Origin: Limisphaerales bacterium
Lineage (GTDB): Bacteria; Verrucomicrobiota; Verrucomicrobiia; Limisphaerales; SIBE01
Assembly: GCA_044225505.1 (NCBI GenBank)
Contig: JBGAIN010000061.1
Location: forward strand, 1 to 41,550
Length of the DNA: 41,550 nucleotides
Direction: 5' to 3'
Part shown: piece by piece, positions 1 to 10,152 of the stretch
Layout of the letters: every line of letters begins with the position of its first letter
Position numbering within the stretch: position 1 is the stretch's first letter
Notes under the pieces: model-generated
The model's database searches: none
What the model was told of the DNA's origin: nothing
Seen by the model: the letters and a program-made list of their open reading frames with translations, nothing else
Position numbers and translations under genes: made by a program

Positions 1-1282
1 GCGAGTCCGGCTGAAACCGGCGCCCCGAACAGTCTCGGCACGGTTGGTAGGTCCGATAGCGGGAGAGCAACACGCGCACGTGCATTTTGTAAGCACGCGA
101 TTCCAACCAGCGAAAATAACCTTTGATCCCGTACCAAGCGTGGGGAAACTCGTGGGCGGAATCTTTGCCGTAGTCCGGATCACCTTCCATCAGCCAACGC
201 TGCCACTTTGAATCGAGTTGATTGAACGGAACGTCCACCGGGACATTGCGACGACGGCAAAATTGCATCAGGTCATCCTGGCATTCGGCAGATTGGCCAC
301 TTTGCCAAGGCTTGACCACGCCCTGCCGCAAAGTGAGCGTGGGGTCGGGAACGGCCAAATTATAATCGATCGTGATCGTCCGCCCGAAACCACGGCAGGT
401 CGGACAAGCTCCGAGCGGATGATTGAAGCTGAACAACGCGGCCGTTGGAGCCCGATACTCCAAGTCGCACGCCGCGCAATGGAGACGATTGGAGTAGTGC
501 CGAACGGTCGCGTTCGATCCTCGCAACTGCAGTTTGCCTTTGCCGAAATGATAGGCCTGCTCACACGCTTCAATGAAGCGCGCGCGGTTTGCCGGCACGA
601 CACGAAGCCGGTCTTGGAGGACGGTCACCGATCGAGTCAAACCCGCCGTGCGCAGTCGCTCCGCAGCATCTTCCACACGAATCACCTCGTCGGATTGCCC
701 CGGCCCCGCGGGAAGAACTAGTCGCTGATACCCCTGCTTCGCAATGAGCGCCAACGATTCCTCGAGGCTCAGCTTCTCTGAGAGAGGCAACTGGAACAGG
801 ATCCAAACTTCGTCCAGCGCAGCTTCTCGCTGCTCCTGATTACGAGTGAGGTCCTGCCAGGCATCCAACGGCGTGTCTTTGCGCACTAATTGCCCGCACT
901 GACGACAGTAAAGCTGCGCAATATGCCCCCAGACCACCTTCATGTACTCACACAATTCCGTCATGGTGCCGACGGTTGACCGGGTCGACTTGACGGCGTT
1001 GCGCTGCTCGATCGCGATGGCTGGGGGGATCCCTTGGACCGAGTCCACCTGGGGTTTATCCATGCGGTCCAGGAACTGGCGAGCGTACGGGGAGAACGTC
1101 TCGACGTAACGGCGTTGGCCTTCGGCGTATAGTGTGTCGAACGCTAAGGAACTCTTTCCCGACCCGCTCAACCCGGTCACCACAATGAGCCGCCGGGCGG
1201 GAATATCCAAATCGAAGTTCTTTAGGTTATTGTGCCGGACGCCCCTCAATCGAATGAGGTCGCCAGCCAAGGGTCGCGACAT
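1..1282 (-). CDS. uvrA: Excinuclease ABC subunit A, 5' portion (runs off the left edge; absent from the ORF track)
   Basis: Manual translation from ATG at 1282 gives MSRPLAGDLIRLRGVRHNNLKNFDLDIP..VVTGLSGSGKSSLAFDTLYAEGQRRYVETFSPYARQFLDRMDKP, with Zn-finger CxxC pairs (CRQC, CAAC, FSFNHPLGACPTCRGFG, CRDC). The frame is open to the window edge. Confidence 0.97.
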   Translation of the reverse strand, partial: MSRPLAGDLIRLRGVRHNNLKNFDLDIPARRLIVVTGLSGSGKSSLAFDTLYAEGQRRYVETFSPYARQFLDRMDKPQVDSVQGIPPAIAIEQRNAVKSTRSTVGTMTELCEYMKVVWGHIAQLYCRQCGQLVRKDTPLDAWQDLTRNQEQREAALDEVWILFQLPLSEKLSLEESLALIAKQGYQRLVLPAGPGQSDEVIRVEDAAERLRTAGLTRSVTVLQDRLRVVPANRARFIEACEQAYHFGKGKLQLRGSNATVRHYSNRLHCAACDLEYRAPTAALFSFNHPLGACPTCRGFGRTITIDYNLAVPDPTLTLRQGVVKPWQSGQSAECQDDLMQFCRRRNVPVDVPFNQLDSKWQRWLMEGDPDYGKDSAHEFPHAWYGIKGYFRWLESRAYKMHVRVLLSRYRTYQPCRDCSGRRFQPDS

Positions 1283-1338
1283 CGTCGCGCAATGTAATGT
1301 GCTCCCGGCCCGTGTCAACGAACTTGGCGGTCAATTCC

Positions 1339-2646
1339 TCACAACACTGTCCCGTGGGGAATGATGCCGTTCTTGGGGACAATGACGATGCCGTCGCGGA
1401 TGTAGAACAACGGGTCATCCATGTTCTCGGGCTTGCCTGCCGGGGTAATCACGCAGTTGTTGCCAATCCGCGCATTCTTATCGACGATGGCATTTTCAAT
1501 TCGTGTGTTTGTTCCGACACCGATGCGGGGACGCCCGGACTTCTCATTCTGACGAATAGACTCGGCGGATTCGAAATAGTCGCTCCCCAGGAGGATCGTA
1601 CGGTCGAGACTGCTCTCCCGGTCCACTAAACAGCGAATCCCGACCAGGCTGTTCGAAATGCGGCAATGATTGAGGATGCACCCGTCCGAAATAACGGCAT
1701 GATCAATCTGCGCTCCGTTGATCTTGGACCCGGGCAGGAAACGCGGCCGGGTGAAGATGGGGGCGCTCATGTCGAAGAAGTTGAAACGGGGTAGTTCGGT
1801 CGTGAGATTAAGATTGGCTTCAAAGAAGGAGCGGATCGTTCCAATATCCTCCCAGTACCCTTGGAAGATATAGGAAAAAACGCGATGGGACTGAATTGCT
1901 CCTGGGATGATATGCTTGCCAAAGTCCGTATGGGTATTCTCCAAGAGGTTCATCAGGACGTCGCGGTTGAACACGTAGATACCCATGGACGCCAAGAATG
2001 TCTCTTGGCCACCTTCGATCTCCAATGTCGCATGCCATTCTGACGGCAACCGCAATGTATCCTGCACCGCTGGATCTTTGGGCTTCTCTTCAAATCGGGT
2101 AATCCGACGTTCGGCATCGATCTGCATGATGCCAAGGGAACGACACTCCTGCCGCCCCACAGGCATCGTCGCAACGGTCAAATCGGCGCGCGATTCGATA
2201 TGCTGCGCCACGATGTTCCTGTAATCCATGCGATAGAGCTGATCGCCACTGAGAATCAAGGCGTAGTCAAAGTCGTGGTTCAGAAAGTGCACCCGATTCT
2301 TGCGGACGGCGTCCGCCGTGCCTTGATACCAGGATGTATCCGCGTAGGTTTGCTCGGCCGCCAATATCTCGACAAAACCGCCGGAGAAATGATCAAACTT
2401 GAAGGATTGCGAGATGTGCCGATGCAACGAAGCTGAATTGAACTGGGTCAAAAGATACACCCGTTTCAGTCCCGAATTGATGCAGTTGGAAATCGGAATG
2501 TCAACCAGCCGATACTTTCCCGCGAGCGGCACCGCGGGCTTTGACCGATCTCGCGTGAGGGGAAACAAACGAGTCCCTTGTCCGCCACCAAGGATGATGG
2601 AGAGGACTCGGCTTGTGTCGACACCCATGCGCTTGGACGAAAACAT
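1339..2646 (-). CDS. glgC: Glucose-1-phosphate adenylyltransferase (ADP-glucose pyrophosphorylase)
   Basis: ILGGGQGTRLFPLT..RSKPAVPLAGKYRLVDIPISNC, WYQGTADAV, SGDQLY, FEEKP, ASMGIYVF, DFGKHIIP, GYWEDIGT, and a C-terminal hexapeptide-repeat region. Confidence 0.97.
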   Translation of the reverse strand: MFSSKRMGVDTSRVLSIILGGGQGTRLFPLTRDRSKPAVPLAGKYRLVDIPISNCINSGLKRVYLLTQFNSASLHRHISQSFKFDHFSGGFVEILAAEQTYADTSWYQGTADAVRKNRVHFLNHDFDYALILSGDQLYRMDYRNIVAQHIESRADLTVATMPVGRQECRSLGIMQIDAERRITRFEEKPKDPAVQDTLRLPSEWHATLEIEGGQETFLASMGIYVFNRDVLMNLLENTHTDFGKHIIPGAIQSHRVFSYIFQGYWEDIGTIRSFFEANLNLTTELPRFNFFDMSAPIFTRPRFLPGSKINGAQIDHAVISDGCILNHCRISNSLVGIRCLVDRESSLDRTILLGSDYFESAESIRQNEKSGRPRIGVGTNTRIENAIVDKNARIGNNCVITPAGKPENMDDPLFYIRDGIVIVPKNGIIPHGTVL

Positions 2647-2814
2647 AAAGTGATCCTTTTGAAGCGTAAATTATTCTGCTTATAGCCTTCGGCACCGTAA
2701 ACAGCAAGAGCGATTGAGTTCCTGCGACAGAATCCGGCAGAAACCGAATGCGCTCTCTCACGGTTGAACAAAGGCGCTGGTGCACCATTTCCGGAACCGG
2801 TAGCTTTGGCAAGC

Positions 2815-3216
2815 TCAGGATGAGCGGCGTTTGGCAGCAACACGCCTGGCGAACGGCTCGATCTTGATGACCGCGCGTTGATGCAGTCCGCGGGCCAGCA
2901 ATTCCTCCTCGTCCCGCGCCTCAATTTGGAAAGTCACCGTCCGATTCTCCGAGCTGACGACCCTCGCCAGGCAGGTCACTGCGGCTCCGAGCGGCGCTGG
3001 CGCCAAATGACGCAAGTCGATCTCAATTCCGACCGATCGTTCTGCTGGATCTAGAAACGGCACTAACGCTTCGCGGGCCGTCCGTTCAAGAAGGCCGATC
3101 AACCGAGGCGTCGCCAGCACCGCGGGCATGCCGTCGGCGGCAAAATCGATGACGTGTTCGTTCTGAACTGTGAACGAGATTTGATGGACAGTCCCGATCG
3201 GCGGACGCGCTTTCAT
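2815..3216 (-). CDS. Hot-dog-fold thioesterase (FlK-like family)
   Basis: VLATPRLIGLLE..SVG..LRHLAP..G motif pattern (Thr/Glu/His triad of FlK-like thioesterases); 133 aa. Confidence 0.85.
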   Translation of the reverse strand: MKARPPIGTVHQISFTVQNEHVIDFAADGMPAVLATPRLIGLLERTAREALVPFLDPAERSVGIEIDLRHLAPAPLGAAVTCLARVVSSENRTVTFQIEARDEEELLARGLHQRAVIKIEPFARRVAAKRRSS

Positions 3217-3219
3217 GCT

Positions 3220-3666
3220 TCACGGTTGCCGGCAACCAATCGTCAGCAGGACATTTGCCCAGAGCGCTTGGTCAGCCGTCTGCACGGTCAAAACGTGATC
3301 TGGTGACGCCACTTGTTGGTAAAAATCCCACTTCAAAATCGGTTCCAAGGAGAGCGTGCTCCCCGCGGCTCGAACCAGACGCCGATACTCCTCCCAGACA
3401 GGCGGCTCGCCTTTTGCGGCGTAAGGGTCATCCGGCGGTATCCCCATCGTATTAATCCGCTCGACGGGAATGGCAGTCAGCAAGGTCTGCAATACCTGCG
3501 ATACCGTGACAACCCCTGGCGCAAGGTTCAAGCTGACCACCTTTGAGTTGGGTCCGCGCTTCGTCGAGGCGGGATAATTACCATCGGCGATGAGCACGGT
3601 AGCGTGATGACCGGCACTGCCCAGAATCCCATTTATTTCGGGGTGAATGAGTTGATGTTTAAGCAT
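3220..3666 (-). CDS. RbsD/FucU family sugar mutarotase/pyranase
   Basis: MLK..LIHPEI..LG.AGHH..VLIADGNYP and FYQQV..T.D...AN motifs; ATG at 3666 preferred over TTG at 3687. Confidence 0.88.
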   Translation of the reverse strand: MLKHQLIHPEINGILGSAGHHATVLIADGNYPASTKRGPNSKVVSLNLAPGVVTVSQVLQTLLTAIPVERINTMGIPPDDPYAAKGEPPVWEEYRRLVRAAGSTLSLEPILKWDFYQQVASPDHVLTVQTADQALWANVLLTIGCRQP

Positions 3667-3704
3667 GCGTTGGGCCCTTTGTGACAACGGGCGATAGATC
3701 GGGA

Positions 3705-4520
3705 TCAGCCCTTAAAAAAGCGTCGAAAAGCGTCGAGGGTCTGGCGCGCGGCCGCTTCAGAGGTGGGCAGCGGCAGAATCTCAGCTGAGATCGCTCCTCG
3801 ATAATTAATTTCACTTAGAGCTAGCGCCAAGGGGGCGACGTCGAGATGACCAAAACCGATCGCCTGACGATTACTGTCGGCAAAATGCACGTGGCCTAAA
3901 TTTGGTCCGGCGAGTTTGAGAGCATCCGCCACATTCGCCTCCTCAATATTCATATGAAACCAATCACAGAGAAGCCGAACATTGCGGGTCCGTAATCGAC
4001 TCAGAAATGTCAGGGTTTCTTCCACCCTGTTGAAGATGTTGGTCTCATAACGGTTGAGCGGTTCGAACATTAAGGGCACGCCCAGCGCGTGCGCCCGAGG
4101 ACCGAGTTGTTCGAGGCCCTCACTTAACCATGCTAAAGCGTCTTCGCGCGAGACTTTGCCTTCCCAACGCCCTTGGAGCGAGCCCAGAATCGCGGGAGCC
4201 CCAAATCCGCCCGCCAAATCAATAATCGAGGCGGCAAAAGCCACCGCTTGACGCCGCACCGCTGGATCCGGGTCAGTCAGCCGCAGCTTCCGCACGACCC
4301 AGCCCGCGCCGGTTCCCATCGCGGCTAGTTTCAATCCGTTCCCCGCCAAAGCTCGCTTGAGTTGCGCCGCGTCCAACTCCTCCGCCGACCGTGGAAAGAC
4401 TTCCACGGCGTCGAAGCCCAGTGCCGCAGCGCGCTGGCAGCCGTCGTCCAAACTGTCCCAGAACACAAAGGGGCCGCCCCGCGCTTCGGGCACCAAAGAA
4501 ATCGTTACGGCAGAAAACAT
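3705..4520 (-). CDS. Sugar phosphate isomerase/epimerase (xylose isomerase-like TIM barrel)
   Basis: GFDAVE, EPLNRYE, DWFHMNIEE, HVHFADSNR and SAE metal-binding motifs. Confidence 0.92.
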   Translation of the reverse strand: MFSAVTISLVPEARGGPFVFWDSLDDGCQRAAALGFDAVEVFPRSAEELDAAQLKRALAGNGLKLAAMGTGAGWVVRKLRLTDPDPAVRRQAVAFAASIIDLAGGFGAPAILGSLQGRWEGKVSREDALAWLSEGLEQLGPRAHALGVPLMFEPLNRYETNIFNRVEETLTFLSRLRTRNVRLLCDWFHMNIEEANVADALKLAGPNLGHVHFADSNRQAIGFGHLDVAPLALALSEINYRGAISAEILPLPTSEAAARQTLDAFRRFFKG

Positions 4521-4616
4521 GGTCGCATGGCCTTGACTCGCCCGGGGTCAGTCCCAGCCAGTCTTCAGAGCGGTTCTAGCGGGAAGTCCGAACCTGTGCA
4601 ACCCATTACCGAGTGA

Positions 4617-5933
4617 TCAACGCTGCTTCAGTTCCGTCGCGAACCCGGAGACCCGATTGCTCTCCACTTGGATGCGACGGGCTTCCGCGCCGATCTGAAC
4701 CGCGATGCGATTGGCCGACGCGCGGCGCTCGATGATCTCATTCCCTCGCAACACAACGTCTTCGGTTTCACCTTGGACATCAATAGCCACGCCGTCACTG
4801 GCCGCGTTGTCGATAATCCGGTTGTTTTCGATCCGGTTGCGGTGCGGGGCAAAGTCTTTGCCACGTTCGGGACGGAACAAGACGCCGACCTGAGCGCTAT
4901 TCACAATTTCATTCTCCGACACGATATTGTCCGTGTCGCGATGTCCAATCGAAATGCCCACCCGATTCCCGATGATCTGGTTTTCCTCGGCCAATCCATA
5001 CTTAACGCCCCAACAGAAAAACAGCCCGATATCGTTGCCGCGCACTCGGCAACGTCGAATGATCGGACGCTGCGAACCGGAACCCGGATGCAGCCCGAGG
5101 CCAGTGTGGTTTTCCGAAACGCAGTCTTCTACGAGAACGTCGTGACAAACCTGCCAGCTCATTCCGTCTCCGTTGTAGTTGCGAGCTTGGACATTGCGGA
5201 TCGTGACGCGGCTACAATCTTGCAAGAAAATGCAACCGGCGTAGTTGCCATCCAAGTTGCCGTTGTGCTCCTTGTTTCCATCGATCGCGAGGTCTTGGAT
5301 AACTACGTCGGAAATGAGTTCCCCACTAATCACGGGGAATAACGTCGAGATCGTGGCCCCCCCCAGCCTCCAAAGGTTCTCACGCAGCGCTCGATCCAAT
5401 TTGAACCGATTGCCTAGACGTCCCACCAAGATCCGCTTAACCACCACGGCCGCGCCGGTGTCGCGATTCTTGGCCCGCAGACAAACTCCGTCCCCCACCT
5501 GAAAACCGGTCGCGTCACTCAGGGTCACTTCCTGATCGTACCAATCGCTATCCTCGGCGAGCGGCGTTGTTACCGATGGCTCCTTGATCAGAAGGGTGGT
5601 TTCGCCACTACCCTTTAACCGAACCTTGGATTGCAGAAAAATAGCGTTCCGCAAGCGGTAAGTTCCGGCCTGTAACTGGACCGTCCCGCCACCCAAACGC
5701 GTCACATAGTCCACGGCAGCCTGGATCACGCGATCCGAAGTTCCGATGAGGTCGCCAGAGCCTGGCCCGACGGAAAGCGTCAATCGCTCAGACCAGTCTG
5801 GTTCCACGGCCGAATCCCCAGAAGTAGCCCGAGGCCGAGTCACTACTGGAACATCCAGAGCGTAACTGGGCGAAAGGATCAGGAGGGCAAAAAGTGTGAG
5901 CGACACGGGTGAAAACGAGGACAAGCGGCCCAT
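4617..5933 (-). CDS. Secreted right-handed parallel beta-helix (pectin-lyase-like) protein
   Basis: N-terminal signal peptide, IQAAVD..GGGTVQL.AGTY motif, and repeated Asn/Gly/Ile beta-helix rungs. Confidence 0.85.
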   Translation of the reverse strand: MGRLSSFSPVSLTLFALLILSPSYALDVPVVTRPRATSGDSAVEPDWSERLTLSVGPGSGDLIGTSDRVIQAAVDYVTRLGGGTVQLQAGTYRLRNAIFLQSKVRLKGSGETTLLIKEPSVTTPLAEDSDWYDQEVTLSDATGFQVGDGVCLRAKNRDTGAAVVVKRILVGRLGNRFKLDRALRENLWRLGGATISTLFPVISGELISDVVIQDLAIDGNKEHNGNLDGNYAGCIFLQDCSRVTIRNVQARNYNGDGMSWQVCHDVLVEDCVSENHTGLGLHPGSGSQRPIIRRCRVRGNDIGLFFCWGVKYGLAEENQIIGNRVGISIGHRDTDNIVSENEIVNSAQVGVLFRPERGKDFAPHRNRIENNRIIDNAASDGVAIDVQGETEDVVLRGNEIIERRASANRIAVQIGAEARRIQVESNRVSGFATELKQR

Positions 5934-6097
5934 AGGTTTTTCCTAACTTGCGACGCGCCGAATGAAACTGCAAGGCCCGAGTCTCAAGGAAAAAAGGCCG
6001 GCAACTCGCTCTTTCTGCGATCTCTCAGGCATTGCGGCGTCGCCCGGACGAGACAACGCCACAAAACCAGAAGTGCCTTTCAATCGGAACGGAATGG

Positions 6098-7045
6098 TCA
6101 GGGAACGGCTCCGGACCAGAGCCACAACCATAGCCTGCCCCCACTCGCCAGAATGACCGCTCCCATCACCGCAATAGCGCCGCCGACCAGCGAACGGAGA
6201 CTTGGCCGTTCTCCTTCAATCCAGCGGGCAAACGGGATAACGATGATCGGGGTCGTGGCCACAATGGGCAGAACCACCCCGGTCGGATGCGTGGCCAGGG
6301 CCCATTGATAGCACCCGACTCCGAGAGTGGGCCCGGCCAAAACGTTCAGAACGATCCAGGGGATGGCAGATTGCCATCGCGCGCGCGGGGAGGAAGGCCG
6401 GCCTGTCAGTATATTCGGTGTCCGCTCGGACCGGCGTGCGATCGCGTAGGAAACGGCCGCCAAGCCCCACCCCGCGAGGATGCGTTGATATGCCGCAGAA
6501 AGGCCATCGATCGGCTCGCTGGCCGCCGAGGCCACGGCGTAGGCTTTGCGGCTGAGAACCGCCCCAGACCCTTGCCCAACGGCCGCCAAAACGCCAAAGA
6601 GAATACCGATCAACAAGGTTCGCCGCGGCACGGCCAAATGCTGGCTCGGGGCCAGCGCCAAGGAGACGCCGAACAAAACAGTTACGCTTGCCGAGATCTG
6701 CAGCGGCGACAAGGAGGTGCCTAACCAGGACCACTCGACCAGGGCGGCAAACGGCGCCGCCAGACAATGCACCAGCAGAATCGAAAGTCGCGAACCCAGT
6801 CGCGGCAAGGTCTGATAAAGCGCCAAGTCTCCGAGGCCAAACCCCAAACCTCCGCTGATGAGGAACCAAGGGAAAGCATTTCCGCCCCACCCAGCTCCGA
6901 CACTATGCGACCAAGTTGCCAAGAGCACCGTTGCCAGACTGATTCTATAAAAGTTCGCCGTCACACCCCCGAGCATCCGTGCTGTCTGATTGGCAGAGAC
7001 AGCCGATAGCGCGAACAGAAAAGTGGCGAGAAACGCCGGCAACAT
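6098..7045 (-). CDS. DMT/EamA family transporter
   Basis: About 10 hydrophobic helices in two repeats; SGGLGFGLGD and GERPS motifs. Confidence 0.88.
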   Translation of the reverse strand: MLPAFLATFLFALSAVSANQTARMLGGVTANFYRISLATVLLATWSHSVGAGWGGNAFPWFLISGGLGFGLGDLALYQTLPRLGSRLSILLVHCLAAPFAALVEWSWLGTSLSPLQISASVTVLFGVSLALAPSQHLAVPRRTLLIGILFGVLAAVGQGSGAVLSRKAYAVASAASEPIDGLSAAYQRILAGWGLAAVSYAIARRSERTPNILTGRPSSPRARWQSAIPWIVLNVLAGPTLGVGCYQWALATHPTGVVLPIVATTPIIVIPFARWIEGERPSLRSLVGGAIAVMGAVILASGGRLWLWLWSGAVP

Positions 7046-7169
7046 CGGCCGTCAGTGTGCACGAGGTCCGACCATTGTCACGCGGAGATGGGCACCAATA
7101 TTTCCGACTGTGCAAAACGGAGATGCCTTGGCAGAATCCCGGTATCCAGTTCTTTGGGAAAGGTTTTCT

Positions 7170-9497
7170 ATGTCACGATTATTGATGCTGCACTTGTTCG
7201 GTATCTGCCTCTTCCTGGCTTCCCTGATTCCAGCCCAAGCGGCTGACACCCTCGCCTGGCCCTCGGTGCGAGAGGTAGAATGGCAACCGCTCGCCGCGAG
7301 CCTTCGACGTGTTGTCCAAGCGATGGACCAGCTTGGGTCACCTCTTCGTCCGGCCGACCAAAAAAAGCTGGCCGCCGCGCTGGAGAATCCCGACTCATCC
7401 GAGACTGTCGCGCAGGTCCAGGCGATCCTGGATCCTTACTGCTTGTTCGGAGTTCAGGTGAATCCGGAGTCCCGCGTCAAAGTCGTGGCTGGGGCAGCAC
7501 GCCCTGAGCTCCTCGAGCAGGGCTGGCGAGTCTTCCTCGTCAAGGTCCAGAACGACGCGGGCGTCACGGCGGAACTCCAGGCAATCAGTCCCAATGCCCA
7601 GGCGCTCTACGATGGCGGTGCCGGAGGCGCGCTGTCTGACAAATTCTTTCGAAAGAAGAAAGGAGCAGCCGCCCCGGACCCCCGCGAGCTCTGGCTGGAT
7701 ATGGCCATGTGGCGGTCCCAGCCGCTGCGGAAAGAACTGAGCGGTTTGAAACTGGAATATCGCCTGATCCAATTTTACAGCCGCGACCCGGGAAAACGCG
7801 AAGCCAAAGTCCTTTTCGATGTGGGCCAAGGCACGCAAGATCTCGGATTCCGCAACGAGGTCGACATTCTGTTCGATTGCATTCCGGCGCGTGAGATCAC
7901 CCTCAAAGTGCGGGATGAGAACAACCAACCCACGACAGCAGCCTTTGTTTTCCGCGACCCGCAAGGCCGAGTTTACCCTTCCCAAGCCAAGCGCTTGGCG
8001 CCGGACTTTGGGTTTCATCCTCAAATTTACCGCGCCGATGGCGAGACGCTACGTCTCCCGGACGGCACGTACACCGTTGAGTTTTCTCGGGGCCCGGAGT
8101 CTGTCACGCACAACCGGCAGATTGCTGTGAAGGCGGATCAAACGCGGTTCGAGTTCAAGGCGGAGCGTTGGATTGACCCTTCGAAATTTGGCTGGTGGTC
8201 TGGAGATCACCATATCCATGCCGCGGGCTGCGCGCATTACACGCGGCCGACCGAGGGAGTGCACGCCCTGGATATGATGCGCCACTGTCTGGGGGAAGAC
8301 TTAAAGATCGGCTGTAACTTGACTTGGGGGCCCTGTTTCGACTACCAAAAGCAATTCTTCACCGGCAAGGACGACAAGGTTTCTCAACACCCCTACTTGC
8401 TTCATTACGACGTTGAGGTTTCTGGATTCGGATCCCATCAATCGGGACATTTATGTTTGTTGCGTTTGCGTGACCAAATCTATCCGGGTGGCGATTCAGA
8501 TACGCATTGGCCAACGCTCGGCCTGAACACCCTCCGTTGGGCGAAAAAACAAGGCGCGGTGTGCGGCCCAGCGCACAGTGGATGGGGACTAGAGGTTGAG
8601 ACGTCCGAATTGCCGAACTACATCGTGCCTCCCTTTAATGGGATTGGGGCCAACGAATACATCATGGACGTCACCCACGAAGTGCCCGGGCCCGATGGCA
8701 AACTCGTCCCGGCCGTTGATTTTCTATCGACCGTCGACACTCCTTACGTCTGGGAGCTGAACATGTGGTATCAAACGCTAAATGTCGGCTTTCGGACCCG
8801 AATTAGCGGCGAGACAGACTACCCATGCATTTACGGAGAAAAGGTCGGTCTGGGCCGTTCCTATGTGAAACAGCCCGAGCGGCTGAATTATGAGGATTGG
8901 TGCCAGGGAATCCGCGAGGGACGGAATTACGTGGGCGACGGCAAGAGCCATTTGATTGACTTTAAGGCGAACGACGTCGCGCTCGGTCAGAATGGGAGCG
9001 AACTTAAGCTTCCTCACCCAGATCGAGTCCGCCTCACTGTGAAAGCAGCCGCATGGCTATCCGAGAGACCCAACACCGAATTGCAGCGTCGTCCCTACAG
9101 CGAAAAACCCTATTGGGACATCGAACGCGCCCGGGTCGGAAGCAGCCGTTCCGTGGTCGTTGAAGCGATCGTGAACGGATATCCCGTCGCCAAGCAGTCG
9201 CTGCTCGCGGACGGATCCATGCGCGACTTGACGTTTGACGTACGAGTGGAGCGGAGCAGTTGGGTGGCACTGCGCGTCTTGCCCTCCTCCCATACCAATC
9301 CGTTCTTCGTGATGGTGGAAGACAAGCCGATCCGAGCGTCGCGTCGAAGCGCGGAATGGTGTCTTAAGGGGGTGGAGCAATGCCGTTCTCAAAAGGAACG
9401 CTTCATCAAAGCGGACGAAATAAGGCAGTTCAAACAGGACTACGCCCATGCCCGGGAGGTTTATGAACGGCTAATTAAAGAGTGCGATACGGAATAA
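7170..9497 (+). CDS. Secreted CehA/McbA-like PHP-fold metallohydrolase
   Basis: Start moved to ATG 7170, which gives a signal peptide (MSRLLMLHLFG..AQA) and removes the overlap with the EamA gene. Motifs WSGDHHIH, AHSGWG, SGETDYP, GRSYV, SSHTNP. Confidence 0.82.
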   Translation: MSRLLMLHLFGICLFLASLIPAQAADTLAWPSVREVEWQPLAASLRRVVQAMDQLGSPLRPADQKKLAAALENPDSSETVAQVQAILDPYCLFGVQVNPESRVKVVAGAARPELLEQGWRVFLVKVQNDAGVTAELQAISPNAQALYDGGAGGALSDKFFRKKKGAAAPDPRELWLDMAMWRSQPLRKELSGLKLEYRLIQFYSRDPGKREAKVLFDVGQGTQDLGFRNEVDILFDCIPAREITLKVRDENNQPTTAAFVFRDPQGRVYPSQAKRLAPDFGFHPQIYRADGETLRLPDGTYTVEFSRGPESVTHNRQIAVKADQTRFEFKAERWIDPSKFGWWSGDHHIHAAGCAHYTRPTEGVHALDMMRHCLGEDLKIGCNLTWGPCFDYQKQFFTGKDDKVSQHPYLLHYDVEVSGFGSHQSGHLCLLRLRDQIYPGGDSDTHWPTLGLNTLRWAKKQGAVCGPAHSGWGLEVETSELPNYIVPPFNGIGANEYIMDVTHEVPGPDGKLVPAVDFLSTVDTPYVWELNMWYQTLNVGFRTRISGETDYPCIYGEKVGLGRSYVKQPERLNYEDWCQGIREGRNYVGDGKSHLIDFKANDVALGQNGSELKLPHPDRVRLTVKAAAWLSERPNTELQRRPYSEKPYWDIERARVGSSRSVVVEAIVNGYPVAKQSLLADGSMRDLTFDVRVERSSWVALRVLPSSHTNPFFVMVEDKPIRASRRSAEWCLKGVEQCRSQKERFIKADEIRQFKQDYAHAREVYERLIKECDTE

Positions 9498-9662
9498 TGT
9501 GAACTATTCGATGTCCTATTACTCTTGCCCTACCGGCCCAAAAAACTGGCAGTGCGCCAACGTCAATCCAATCTCAGCGCCGGTTGGTGCCGGGCTCGCC
9601 CGGATTCTAAGGAACGTCCAACTGGGGAGTAACAGAGCCATCACAACCTGTCGGAAGGCTAG

Positions 9663-10061
9663 CTAATCGTTTTCCGAGTCCTGGCTATTGAAGAACGTAA
9701 GCATTTGGCGTCGTTGACGTTTCGTGGGGCGCCCGATTCCCGGGGGCAGTCTCCGCTGGCGTGCCGCCTCTTCATGGGCCCGCGCATATTCTTCGGCGGG
9801 CGTCTGGTCTTCGAGAAATTGCGGGATCGATTTCGGCCCGACTCGCCGGTCCAACAACCCGATTACCCGGACTGTCCGATGCACATTTCCCGACAGTGCT
9901 TGGATGACATCACCGATTCGGACTTCGCGTGAAGCCTTGACACTGTGGCCATCGATCTTAACGTGACCTGCGTTGCAGGCCAATGTGGCTAGGGATCGGC
10001 TCTTGAAGAGACGTGCCGCCCAGAGCCACTTGTCAATACGCACTCGGTCAACACCTTGCAT
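9663..10061 (-). CDS. hslR: Ribosome-associated heat shock protein Hsp15 (S4 RNA-binding domain)
   Basis: RIDKWLWAARLFKSRSLA..AC.AGHVKIDG..KASREV and C-terminal GRPTKRQRR. Confidence 0.92.
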   Translation of the reverse strand: MQGVDRVRIDKWLWAARLFKSRSLATLACNAGHVKIDGHSVKASREVRIGDVIQALSGNVHRTVRVIGLLDRRVGPKSIPQFLEDQTPAEEYARAHEEAARQRRLPPGIGRPTKRQRRQMLTFFNSQDSEND

Positions 10062-10152
10062 TCTCAAGAAGGTAGATTCGTTGCGGGAACATGCAATGCG
10101 AGAGTCGCTTTGCCTTTCCTAACGAATGATGCTTTGCTTGAGGGACGTTTTC

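Noticed and set aside
6990..7169. 60-aa N-terminal extension of the metallohydrolase overlapping the EamA gene
   Set aside because: ATG 7170 gives a clean signal peptide with no overlap. Similar over-extended starts were trimmed for aceF, the regulator, the YqjK-like gene, the first CNNM and the URO-D gene.
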